DNA from: Chrysomallon squamiferum
Lineage: Eukaryota > Animalia > Mollusca
NCBI GenBank assembly: GCA_012295275.1
Contig: CM022665.1
Location: 16,368,001 to 16,432,000, forward strand
Direction: 5' to 3'
Length of the DNA: 64,000 bases
The notes under the pieces were generated by a model that was not told the origin of the DNA, did not search any database, and worked only from the letters and a program-made list of their open reading frames with translations. The position numbers were made by a program, and so were the translations under genes. Of the stretch, positions 51,996 through 64,000 are shown in pieces (the first letter of the stretch is position 1; the number at the start of each line of letters is the position of its first letter).

Positions 51996-54900
51996 CAAGT
52001 GATTAAGTGAATAGACATGTTGTTCTATTTTCGAATATCTTATGTGGCCTAGATAAACGTTAAAATAAATGACAACAAAATAAAATAAAATTAAATTAAA
52101 AATAAACAACACAAAATAAAAACAAACAAACAAACAATCAAACAAACAAACAAACAAAAGAAATAAATAAAAAGCATTTGACAAAAGTAATTCTTACTCT
52201 GTTTTAGAAGGTTTTGCCTGGCCTTTATAAAGGCCATGATATCAGCATCTGCCTTTGCGTCTCCAGTTAATGGAATGTCAGCACACTTTGACCTGCACAA
52301 GTGCAAACAGTGTGGTTAGTAACAACACAACATATATTTTCATCTACTGACAGAATTCTGTAATTATACATTATAATATTATATTACTTAGCTGTGTAAT
52401 GAGTATTATTTTAAAACACTCATTAATACCTCATAATTATTATTTAGCTGTATTACTGATGATCCTGTATAGTTTTACTCTATACTCTACTTAATGTATA
52501 GTTAGTATTATTTTAAAACACTCATTTACTCACATTATTTAGCTATATTACTGACAGTACTGTATGGTTTTGCTCTATACTTATCTGCATACACAGTATT
52601 TTAAAACACTTGTTAATACTGCATAATTATTATTAAACTAAATGACAATACTGTATAGTTTTACAATATATTTTACTTAGCTATATAGATATTATCATTT
52701 TAAAACAGTTGTTTATTAACATATCATTTAGCTATATATTTGACAATATTGTATATTTTTACAATATACTTTACTTAGCTGTGTAGAAAGTATTATTTCA
52801 AAACACTCATAACACCACATAATTATTATTAAGCTGTATTAGTGACAATATTGTATAGTTTTACAATATACTTTACTTAGCTGTGTAGAAAGTATTATTT
52901 CAAAACACTCATAACACCACATAATTATTATTAAACTTTATTACCAACAATTCTGTATAGTTTTACAATATACTTTACTTAGGTGTGTAGATAGTACCAT
53001 TTTAAACCATGATTAAAATTTAGGTATATTTTTTTAATGTACAGTATGGTTATATTTTTACTGCATACACTACATATATTTACCACATAATTATTTAGCT
53101 ATATTTTTTTGTAGTATTGTATAGTTATATTTATACTACATATATTTCTTAGCTATATAATTAGTATAATTTTAAAACAGTCTTTTACATACATTATTTA
53201 GCTGTGTTACTGAACTATAGAAATAATATTTAAATGGTAAGCAAGCTTCATTATAAACATTAATATTAAAATAAATTATCTTATTTTATATTAATTACAG
53301 TTAAAAATATTTTTGTAAATAAATTCATTTACTGCGCTCCTATCTGTGAACTACAGTCATTTTTACATTTCTAATGACATAAATAAACATTTAGCAGTTA
53401 AAGGGGTTAATTAGAAAGAACAGAGTGTGCACAAGATTTCAGGAAACAAAACAAAGACAGAAATATAAAATTTAACTAACCTTGAATCTTCGGTTTTCAG
53501 AGTGTCTATGGAACTTTGTGATGAGTAAGAACTCATTCCACCACCGCCAAATCTATTGAGAAGATTGTCTGAGACACTTTTCCGAGATCTGGCAGAGGAT
53601 GACTGCAAACCTGGTGGGTAGACCATCTCCTGGGTGTAGTTTCGGTTGTTTGGTGGGGTTCTAGGTGGGGTCCTCCAAGCAGACTTTGGATCAATGCTTT
53701 TCAGTGATGGAGGTACATTCTGAAAAATGAATGAATCAATTGATGGATTAATGAATAATGAATAAATGAATGTATGAACACTGCATGGATGGATTGATGG
53801 TTTGGATAAATGAATGAATAAATATCTGCTTAAACATTTTAACATAATTATTTATTAAATGTGAAATAAAATATTTTTTAATATGTTTGTTTGTTTTGTG
53901 TGGGTTTTTTTAAATAAAATTTTATGATATAAAACCTTAAACGATCACATAATGGGCTGTTTTAACGAGCAAGTATCCATTTTATGCTCCTTCCCATACA
54001 CAGAAAAGCATATATCACAGACTTTGATAAACAAAACACAGTGGAATGGCTGGTATGGGAAAAAAAACAAAAAACAGGTGCAGTAAAAGAGACTCATTCT
54101 GGAATATATTGTATCTTCAGTGATTGGTGTAACCACTTGGTTCATGCCCAAAGAAACACAAAGTTTTCACAGATTGTTTTTTTTCAAATTCCACACAAAA
54201 ATATTCATTTTAAAAGACGTTTTTTAAAAGTTGCTCATCTATATAACACATTATGTAAACTTTATATAAAAAGAAATAAAAATGTGAATGCTTTTACATA
54301 ACACAAAGTAGTTATTAAAATATAATCTTACTGCAGCAGTAGCAGACTGATCGGCCCACCACAACTCAAAATCTTTCATCAGTTTTACTTTTGACTTTTC
54401 CAGTAAATGTTGTAAATGTTCTATCTCTGTCTTCATTCCCCTCAGTCTGTTAAATGTCTCCTTGTAGCTACAACAAATTAAATTGCTTCATAAAACACAT
54501 TAAATAACTTCATAAAACAAATTAAATAACATTTCAAATAACTTTGAATACCATATTAAACAACTCTGAATAACACATTAAGTAACTTCATAAAAGACAT
54601 AAATAATAACTATATCAAATGACTCTGAATAATAAATGAAATGATTTTGAATAACATAATAAATAAACTTTGATCTATTATTCTAAACACACTTATACTG
54701 AAGATTCAGTAGTGTCTGGTTAGGTATATAATCCAAAGCAAGTATATTTGTGTTAGTGGATTAGTTAGACAGAAGAAAGTGCAGTGTTTGTATACTGTTA
54801 GTTCTTGGACAAATCATTTTAACACCAGTGACATAACTCTTGTGCCACTCAGACTGGTTTTAAATAAGTAAATTGTATTGAATTTTACTGATGACAATTT

Positions 54901-57005
54901 AAGTTGTTTAGCAGAGACACACACATGCATAAACAGATAAACACAGATACACAGACAAAATGCTTGATCATGATAATTAAATGTGAAATAATATATTAAA
55001 ATAAGTTTAATTAAATGTAATTTATCATATATTTTATAAAAAGAAATCTTATAATAAAAAGCAATAAAGTATTTGCATAAAGCAGATTTTTAAGTACTTA
55101 CTGCAATTTCTCAAAAAAATGCACATTTACCTACAAAACATTTACCTGTATTTATCTTAAATTTGTCTATGAGTACTCACCTGTGTTTCTCATCCTCCAT
55201 TGCTTGTCTTAGTTCTTGTTCTTCTTCACTTGGAGGACAATTTTCAGGATCAGCAAGGCCTGAAAGTTAAAATATTTTAAAATATTTTAAAATTTAATCT
55301 GAATTATAATAGTCAATAAATATTTAAATTAAATCAGAGCTGTGAATGTAATAATAAATAACCATAATACTTAATTAATTCATATGTATACCTTTCATGG
55401 CCATCTGAATTCTGTACTGCTCAATCCTGCTTTTGAAATGATCTGAAAAAAAAGAAAAAAAAAAAAAAGAAATACAAATTATTTAGATAAGCATTTTAAA
55501 AAGATTTAAAATGATATTTAGAAATAAATAAAAGTGGGTTCTGCACACAAAATAATTTGTTATTTACATTATTTATCTTCTATTCTTTACCCACACTGAG
55601 ATCTGCTCTTATACCTGCCTCTGTATACACTCCTATTTGTTTTATAGTACTTACTTATCTTGTTTTTTGACTTGTTAAGAGATTCTCCCAAACTCTTGGC
55701 CTCTGCGTACTTCTGTTTCAAAGTTCTCTTGTTTTCCTCTATTGTCTGGTTATGTGCATAATCAGCAAGAAATATGTCAAATGCTTCTTGTCTGCCTACT
55801 GATAAATTCCCCACTGAAATCATTAAATAAACAGATTAATTCTGATACTGTTGCTTTTTGTGACTGGAAAGTAATTTCAATATCTTTAAAAAAAAAAAAA
55901 AAAAGAAAAGAAAATTGAAAATGAAAACAAAATTACAATTAATGAAATTACAAACAGAGGAAGTCAACAATTCAGTAAACTTAAACTAGTGTTGTATATA
56001 ACTCAGTTACACGAATATATATATACATGTGTTTGTGTGTGTTTATATGTGTATGTCTTTATGTATTTATGTGTGGTGTGTGTGTGTGTGCTATGTGTGT
56101 GAATATTTGCATGTATATGTGCTTGTGTGAGCATTTATGTGTGTGTGAATATATATATGTCAGAAATTTTTTTCTTTTGACATATCAAGGAAACTAATTT
56201 GATTAACAATCATTATCTTTAAGAATATAACCTACTGCTGCACAAACAGAAACAAAAATTAACTTACAAATTTTCTTCTTTGTTTTCTCATCTACTTCAG
56301 GCTTTGTATTTAATCTGTTTTCATGTTTTGTTCTGTATTCAGATTTTATGTAAGTTTTGTCTTTTTCCTCTCCATTAACTGAAATTCCATTGCCACAGTC
56401 AGGTGTGGTTTGACCTGACCCATATGACTCTTCTGACCTTTGACTTGGTCTGTTGTAACTTTCTGATGGGGGAGCAGAGCTTGCTTTCTTAGCTCTTTCT
56501 TTTTTCAGCATGTTGACGAGAATATCTGATGCTGTTAAGGAAACTGTACTTACATAGTTTATGTTTTTACCCCCTGTGTTAAAACAACATCCAGAAATCT
56601 GTTGACTCAAGTAATGTGAATGAAAACTGAACACAGAAGAAAATGGTAGCTGTCATTTTAACATCTAATCACAGAAATATCTGCATCAGTAATATTTAGA
56701 TATTAAAATATCAGTTTTAATTAACACTTCAAAATATATATAAATAGTTACTGTATCTCAAATGTATGGTTTAGAAATACTAAAATACTGGACAGCAAAT
56801 TCACTGCCAATTATATGATCAGCTCCATCAGTTAGCAGAAGTCTTTGTAAATGGCCTCCAGTGAACAGAAGAAAACAAACCATGATAATTGATAATCATT
56901 ATGGAAGACAGGTCTGAATGAGAAAAAAGAGCAAACGGTGTACTAATAATAATTGATCTTTTAATCCAGTATATCTTAATCTCATTAACTGAACTAGTCA
57001 GCCCC

Positions 57006-57038
<33 letters not shown>

Positions 57039-57702
57039 TTATCAAAGGATATTGATCTCATTGTCTCTCTGAAGTACAAGGTCTTTTAATTTCTGATTCT
57101 CTGTGTTGCTGTAAGGACCAATGTCAATTGGAGTTATCTCTCTTTGAGGGCTGTCTGCAGTTTTACTACCGGTTTTCTCAAAAATGTACCTCTGAAAATA
57201 TTAATTAATAATATTTGTTGATAGAACTTTCACAGTAAATGTTCATGTTAAAAGTTACAAAAATTAAGTTACTGACCTTCAAAACTGGACAAAATTCTTT
57301 TTTGAAAATATGTAGTAGCAATTACAATTATTAATTTTCACCTTTTGTGGATATTGCATATTTAATTTTCATTATTTATTTATTTTTATTTTAAAACATT
57401 TATCTTGAAACTTGAACAAAACTTTTAAAATAACATTTTTCTCAAATGTATTTTTTTATCCACACTGAAAGAAAGTCTCTGATTTATAAATGATTTGTCT
57501 GTAATTCTTTTCACCTTGAGTATTTTGAAGCAGGTCTGGATTTTTCTCATGTCAGCTTCTATAGATAACACAGCATCTGTGTCAGTATCATCAACATACA
57601 TCTTCACAGACTCCTCACATCTAAATAAATAAATAAATAATTTACATGAATAAATAATATAGAAGGAATAAATAATTAAAGTACAAATAGATATATATAG
57701 AC

Positions 57703-57776
<74 letters not shown>

Positions 57777-59488
57777 CACATGCACTCACTAGCATAAATG
57801 GATAAAATATGATCAACTTATTAGTAATATTTAATTTCTGTCACAGAATACACTAAATAAAGTTAATACAAATTATTCAGCTAATGAAGGAATACTATAA
57901 TAATAAAAGAAATTAAAAAGTTGAAAATCTAGATTTAAAATGTCATGAAAACACAGAACAAAAAGAAAATAAAGTTAAAATTAATAATCCACTCTAATAT
58001 ATATTGTACATATAACACAACATAATGCATCTTTAATTTTTATTTATTTATTTGACATGGAAATAACGTAAAGTAAATTGCTCTGTGAAAAGTATATATC
58101 TAAAAAAAACACATATATTATACACATTCCTCTTTTCTAAATCTTAATTGTTTCTCTTCCTGTACATTCTTTTTTATTATTATTTAACAACAAAATTTAA
58201 TCCAGTAAAAATAAATGTTTCACCTGTTGAGTTCATCTTCTGTAAGTTCATCAGTTCTCTGTTCCCCTGTGGCCATCGCCAGTTCATCTTTCAACTCCTG
58301 AATTTCACGTTTTAGCTTCGCAATCAGTAACTTAGGGTCTAATTCTTCATTCAGCATCACATCATTCTTAATCATGGCAACCCTCTGAGCAAATCTGCAT
58401 GTTGATATAGATTCCTGTGAAAACACACAAATATAATATATACATTGTTAATTTCAGAAATTATCTGCCTCGGTGTATCAGGGAAAACTTAAGTAAAAGG
58501 TATTTTTGAGATAAGTGTAAGATGTAGTGGTGTAAGGAAAAGTAAAACAGAACAGCCATTTTCCTTAAATCACGATTTAAAAAAAAATAATAATAATTTA
58601 TTATTGCATAAACTATTAATAAATTATCCTTATTATATAACAGCTTCATCATATTTTAAAGTTTATTTTCTAAAATACAATTAAAAAAAAAAAAAAAAAT
58701 ATGAATTAAATTATTTCTTCAAGAAATAAATTTATTTATTGTAAAATCTAAAATTTTGACAATAAACATAAAATATCTGTGGAGGACAACAAAATCTCAC
58801 ATCAATGCATCTCTTGTCAACTGAACATGTGGCTATCATTGTAGTCATACAGTTTCCACCAAGACTGTCCCGCAGCACAGACGTCATCATTGAATTCCTG
58901 TATGGTATGTGCTGTCTATTCTTTTCAGCCAGTGCTATAATTACCTGTTAAATACAACAAGCTCCATTTTGAATTACACATCATCAAGAACAAAAGAAAA
59001 AAATGAAAGAGAACACTTAACCCAAACTGTATTATATTAAAGAAGTCAAAAAGGTTTGGGTTTCTCTGTGATTTTTAAATAGTATTTTTTTTTTTTTTTT
59101 TTAAAACACACCTGTTAGTAATTCAGTTTACATAATTAACCTAAAATATCTTTAAAATTATATTATTCATACAATTAAAAAATTAATTTAGCTAAATTAA
59201 AAAAAAAAATTAAAAAAAAAAAAAAATAAATGTATAATAATAATAATGAAAAGAAAATTTTTTTAAAATAAAAAATACTAAAACATTTTTTAAAAAGGAA
59301 ATCTGGTAATCTTTTTCCAAAAGTATCAAGTTAAAATTTTCATATGACCATATATTTATAATAATGGAGGAAAACTAATCAGATATAGGTGAGTTTTACC
59401 TGTTCCAAATAATGGAGAGAAAGATTGATATATTTTGCTTCAGTAAGCAAAATTCCATTAACACCTGATTTTGCCACTCTTTCTGATC

Positions 59489-59531
<43 letters not shown>

Positions 59532-61981
59532 GTAATTTTAAGATTAATAATAACAACAGTGTGTAATTTAGAATATTATACTAATAACTTTCTAGATTTA
59601 GAAAAGATGTGATAATAGTAACAACTAATCAAAGCTTTGAAAACATTACAATACTTTTAAAGTAATATTTTGAACTCAAATTACCATTTTTTTTTTTTTT
59701 TTTTTTTTTGCCTGATGTTTTCTCTAAAATATTTTCCAGTTTAAAGAGTTAATAAAAATAACTAATCACAGTTGTAAAATACTAACCCTGCCAGATCTAC
59801 AAGGTGGAGCTTGGCCCGCCTAATGGTGGCTGAACCTGTCTCACGTGATGTCAGGTGGATTGTGAAAATGCAGTGAGAACGTGTTGATGCCTGATTCATT
59901 GGAGTCTGTGAGAAGATAGATGACATGCAGAGAAAAAAAAAAAAAAAAAAAAAAAAAAAACAGTGAATATTTATAATCTATATATTAATAGGAACTTAAA
60001 ATTAGGCCAATTGTCTCAAGTCTGGTAGATGCTGGGATCACTTTCTGATACTAAGTAAATATTAATGGAGAAGTTAAGACCAGTAAACATCTCATCCATG
60101 TATATAGTCATCTACCATTAACAATGTACACAGTCTCAGACAAACAAATCAGGCTCCTGGATTATGTGCTTGTATGTGAGTGTGTTTGCACATGCATGTG
60201 TGACTTGACATACATGCAGGAATCTATATTTATAATAGTTTTCTAGATTTAAAAGCATTCGTTGATATGTGATTATCTGTACACACTGGTGACCAGTTGT
60301 ATTTATGCTAAGTGATGTGATGTGATAACAATCTCAATGTGTTCATGGAGATTTTGTTTCTGTGTAAACTATGAGTGTTTCATTAACATCTGCACAGAAA
60401 TTACATGTAAGGATCTCTACCTCAGCTATCATTCTGTTTGTGTCTCCAAGAAACAGCAGGTTCAGAGCCTCCTCTTCACTAGAAGCTTGGTGCACAGACA
60501 GATTTTTTAAATGAATGTTCTGATCTGAGTCTTCCATCAGTGAAACTTTTCTAAAAAAAATCAACAACAAGAGTAACATTTAATCAAGTTCTGGAACTAG
60601 CAGATCAGGAATTAGTTTCAGTGATGCAACATTTAGGATGGTGACTCAAGCAAACACTCCAACATTCAGGTGGCCTTTCACTATACCACTGACACCGCCA
60701 ATATATGCAGCATTAATAAAAATAGAAATTTAAGATAAATAATTCAAAATGATGATTTAAAAAAAGGCTTACGGTAAATCTTCAAGTTTTGCTGCTTCAT
60801 GTTTTGGATCCAGAAGATCATAGCCATTCTCATTGTAAATCTCCAGATAGGAGATGTGTACAGTGAAAGACAATTCTGGAGTCTGAAAAAAAAAAAAATT
60901 TTTTTTATTAATAATAATATTAATAATAATTTTAAAAATCTATTTTGTTGTTTTAATCAGTAAATATGTCACATCTTTAGCTGTTCTCTACAAAAATACT
61001 CAGACAGACATACTCACCCAACAAAAACTTGAACAGAAATATGTATGTATAGTATTCATTGATATAAAATTATGTTGATCATCAAACTTATGAAGCTTCA
61101 TATTGTTAGGATAAACCTTCATAAGTTTGACTGATAACCCAAACTATCACTAAATTTAGAAATAAGCATCTGTATGATTAAGTAAAATAATTATTCATTA
61201 CAGAAACATCAGAATGGTGAACAAGAATAATTTTAATCTATTTTTTAGGTAAAGCAATAATTATGTTCTTTGTTAATTATTTATAAAAACAATTTAAGGC
61301 CTTGTCACTACCCAAACCATGTCCTTGTCAACCATAGTTGACATTAATTATATTACGATGATGATCCACTGCCAAAATGAGGCAGACATAATTGCCAACA
61401 AATGGCATTACAAGATACTGCGTCATAAACAAATACACACATTCTGTCATTACACAATATTGCACACACACACACACACACACAAACACACACAAACACA
61501 AATAAAAACAAAAACAAAAAATCTCATAGACACACACAAGCACAGTACGAAAGAAAAATGTTAAATGTTTGATGTTATTCTGATTACTGAAATGCTCAAT
61601 AATTTAAACATAAGAAGGATTCAATTTTTTCTTAAAAAGAAAAAAGACATTAATAAAAAAAATATATGTATGTGTGTGTGTATGTATGTATGTATGTTTA
61701 CATATGTATGTATAGCTATAAACATAAAAATATCTCATTTTTCATTTTATTTATGTTGGGTTTTTTTTTTTTTCATCTGAAATTTAACTGTTTTATGTCA
61801 TAACATAAAAATTAAGTTATTTAATAAACCTTTTCAATCTTGTCAAAAATGTAGGACAGAGATCGAGGTATGATTCCCCGATCAACATATCTCTCAGCTC
61901 CTCCTGTGATAGTGAAAGTCTTTCCTGAACTTGTCTGTAATGACATATTTATACTGAATATATATATATATATATAGAGAG

Positions 61982-62058
<77 letters not shown>

Positions 62059-62651
62059 TAAATGTAGATGTAATTACAATTACAGATATAGATAAAAGAT
62101 AAATATTTGTATATAAATGCACACACAATAAATGTACTAAACGTTTACTGACAATTTCCCCTTTTTGTGACATTATCATACAGAGAGAAAGGTATAAAAT
62201 AAATCTCTGACAGATTAAGATTTTTTCTGCTTTCAGGCTTTACAAATGTCACGATATCGTAAACAAACTTAAAATCGTAATAAAATAATTTGGGTTATTT
62301 AAAACTGTAGTTAAATGTCTTTAAAATGTAATTCCATTATTCCATACAGTTTTCTCAGACCCTTTCAATCTAATTCTTAATTTATTTATTTATTTATTAT
62401 TTTTCTTTATTTTAATGTTTTAGTATATTTTTCTTGCAAATTAATAATTCTTACTTTAAACGCTTATTTACTGAGCTATAAATATTAAAAAGTCATTAAT
62501 ACATGATCTGGTTTATTTTAAAATTTAACAAAGAAAGTTTTCAAAACCCACCTGTCCATAGGCAAATATTGTACCATTATAGCCCTGTAGAACACTGGAA
62601 AATAAATATTTGTTTTGAAAGGTATGTTATAAAATCATACCTTTTGTATTA

Positions 62652-62690
<39 letters not shown>

Positions 62691-63600
62691 ACACACAAAC
62701 ACACACACACACAGTAACATTTACCATAAATAATTATCTTAGTTTGCATTTATATTATTGATAACATTTAACTGATATGACGAAAAAACTTAATATATTT
62801 AAAGTAACATTTTTATCAAATGGAACAGCATTTTAAACTACGAAATATTAACAGTAATTTTATTTTATTATTGGACTTACTTGTCAATTACAGGCTGACC
62901 TACACTATCAAATACCTCATCCTGTGTGGACTTCTGATCAAAAACCTTTTTGAATCTTAAAAAAAATAAAATTTTAAATTTAAAATAATAACAATAACAA
63001 TAACAATAATAATTAAAAAAAAATGCATTTCTAATTAAAGTGAGTAACATTAGTAAAGTTCAGTGTGAATATGGCTCTAACAATGCTTCTCCAAAAACTA
63101 GTGTAAATTGATTCCAAGAGCTGTTCTAAAATAAACAATCGCCGCTTGCTTTCTTTCTGTATAAGGCTTATAGCTGCTAATTGACAGAGTGATACCAATT
63201 TCACTCTTAGTGTTAGTTATTTCACAAAATAAACTGACCTAAATTTATAATTCTCCCTCTTGTTATTGACAAAGCCACTGGCCAGCTCTCTTGGAACTGT
63301 GATTGTAAGGCGGGGGCAACCATCATCATCTTCATCAAGTTCATACAGCTGTAATTAAAAATAAAATAAATACTATTAAAGACTTCTGCTATAAATCAAT
63401 AAAAAAATATTTACAGGTTTACAGATTTAAATATACTTTGTAATATCTGAATGAATTATTGAATCTGAAAGTTTATTTCTACGGTATGTGTCAAAAACCA
63501 AGTGACTAATAACTAATCATTAGACAAATGGGCGACTTACCCCGGTTCTTGCTTTAGTGGGCTTTATTCGAGCAAAAATCTGAATGGTTTGCTTGACCAT
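51452..63600 (-). CDS. KIF6: Kinesin-like protein KIF6 (kinesin-9 family)
   Basis: 21 coding exons: 63600-63541 ([14 protein letters not shown]), 63348-63239, 62955-62881, 62594-62552, 61934-61830, 60882-60773, 60550-60421, 59905-59787, 59487-59400, 58944-58801, 58414-58224, 57620-57515, 57191-57053, 56525-56268, 55813-55655, 55442-55392, 55259-55181, 54467-54332, 53719-53481, 52292-52198, 51471-51452. Motifs [72 protein letters not shown]...[12 protein letters not shown]. Confidence 0.96.
52350..53220. repeat. Degenerate tandem repeat of about 102 bp in a KIF6 intron
   Basis: ACAATATACTTTACTTAGCTGTGTAGAAAGTATTATTTCAAAACACTCATAACACCACATAATTATTATTAA starts at 52761 and again at 52863. More diverged copies lie on both sides. 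Confidence 0.85.
56526..57052 (-). other. U12-type (minor spliceosome) intron with AT-AG termini in KIF6
   Basis: Minus-strand 5' site ATATCCTTT (57052-57044). Branch point TTTCCTTAAC (56543-56534), then AGCATCAG. Splicing restores [15 protein letters not shown]. Confidence 0.9.
57706..57774. repeat. (GA)n microsatellite
   Basis: Direct reading; intronic in KIF6. Confidence 0.95.
61988..62056. repeat. (GA)n microsatellite
   Basis: Direct reading; intronic in KIF6. Confidence 0.95.
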
Positions 63601-63930
63601 CTTATTTTTTGGATTTTTGTTTGTGATAATACTCACACAAAAATAATTAAAATATTTAACAGCGATGAACACATGCAAAGTTTCGACAGTGCAACACCAG
63701 ATTGTTTACATCGTTGTCCTCCATGTTGCCTGCTATGTGCAACGCCGGTGTAAAAACTGCTTAACTTGTGATTGGTCAAAAATATATTATACTATTAATA
63801 GTTATCGAGGAAAGCGTGAGTGACAACTGTGTTTAGAACTGTGGTGGGTGACAGGCGGTGGAATAAAATGCCCATGCTTAGCTGCCGCGATAGGATAAAT
63901 AAGATTCTATGCACGGATATTCAAGGTACT
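63601..63930 (-). promoter_or_regulatory. Probable KIF6 5' UTR/promoter
   Basis: CpG-richer segment upstream of the ATG. Forkhead-type TGTTTAC (63703-63709), RFX half-site-like GTTGCC (63725-63730) and GCAAC (63739-63743), ATTGG/CCAAT (63771-63775). Confidence 0.45.
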
Positions 63931-64000
63931 GTTTATTTTGATTTTAGGAGTAATTTTTGGTTTGAATTATACACATTTATTTAATATTATTGATATTTTT

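Overview
AT-rich, intron-rich animal genomic DNA. It is most likely a mollusc (gastropod-like), inferred from gene content. I reconstructed five spliced genes by hand. (1) + strand, 2237-10931: an unnamed death-fold adaptor (CARD-like, DED and TRADD-N-like domains). Its tail is a tandem array of 10 homologous exons, eight of them frame-preserving phase-1 cassettes. Most carry a PxExxE (TRAF6-type) motif, followed by a variable half. Two inverted copies of one MITE bracket the gene. (2) - strand, 21891-24190: a short BTB protein of the 'serine-enriched protein' type, with an SSGYES degron-like motif and a C-terminal ETDV PDZ ligand. (3) + strand ZFYVE19/ANCHR. (4) + strand GTPBP2. (5) - strand KIF6, with a U12-type intron that has rare AT-AG ends. 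Also present: a decayed DIRS/Ngaro-type tyrosine-recombinase retroelement, three Tc1/mariner-superfamily (pogo/Tigger/Tc2-like) non-autonomous elements, a 36-bp minisatellite and microsatellites. The best candidate for an undescribed system is the CARD-DED adaptor with its exon array. All assignments come from reading the sequence; no database searches were run.
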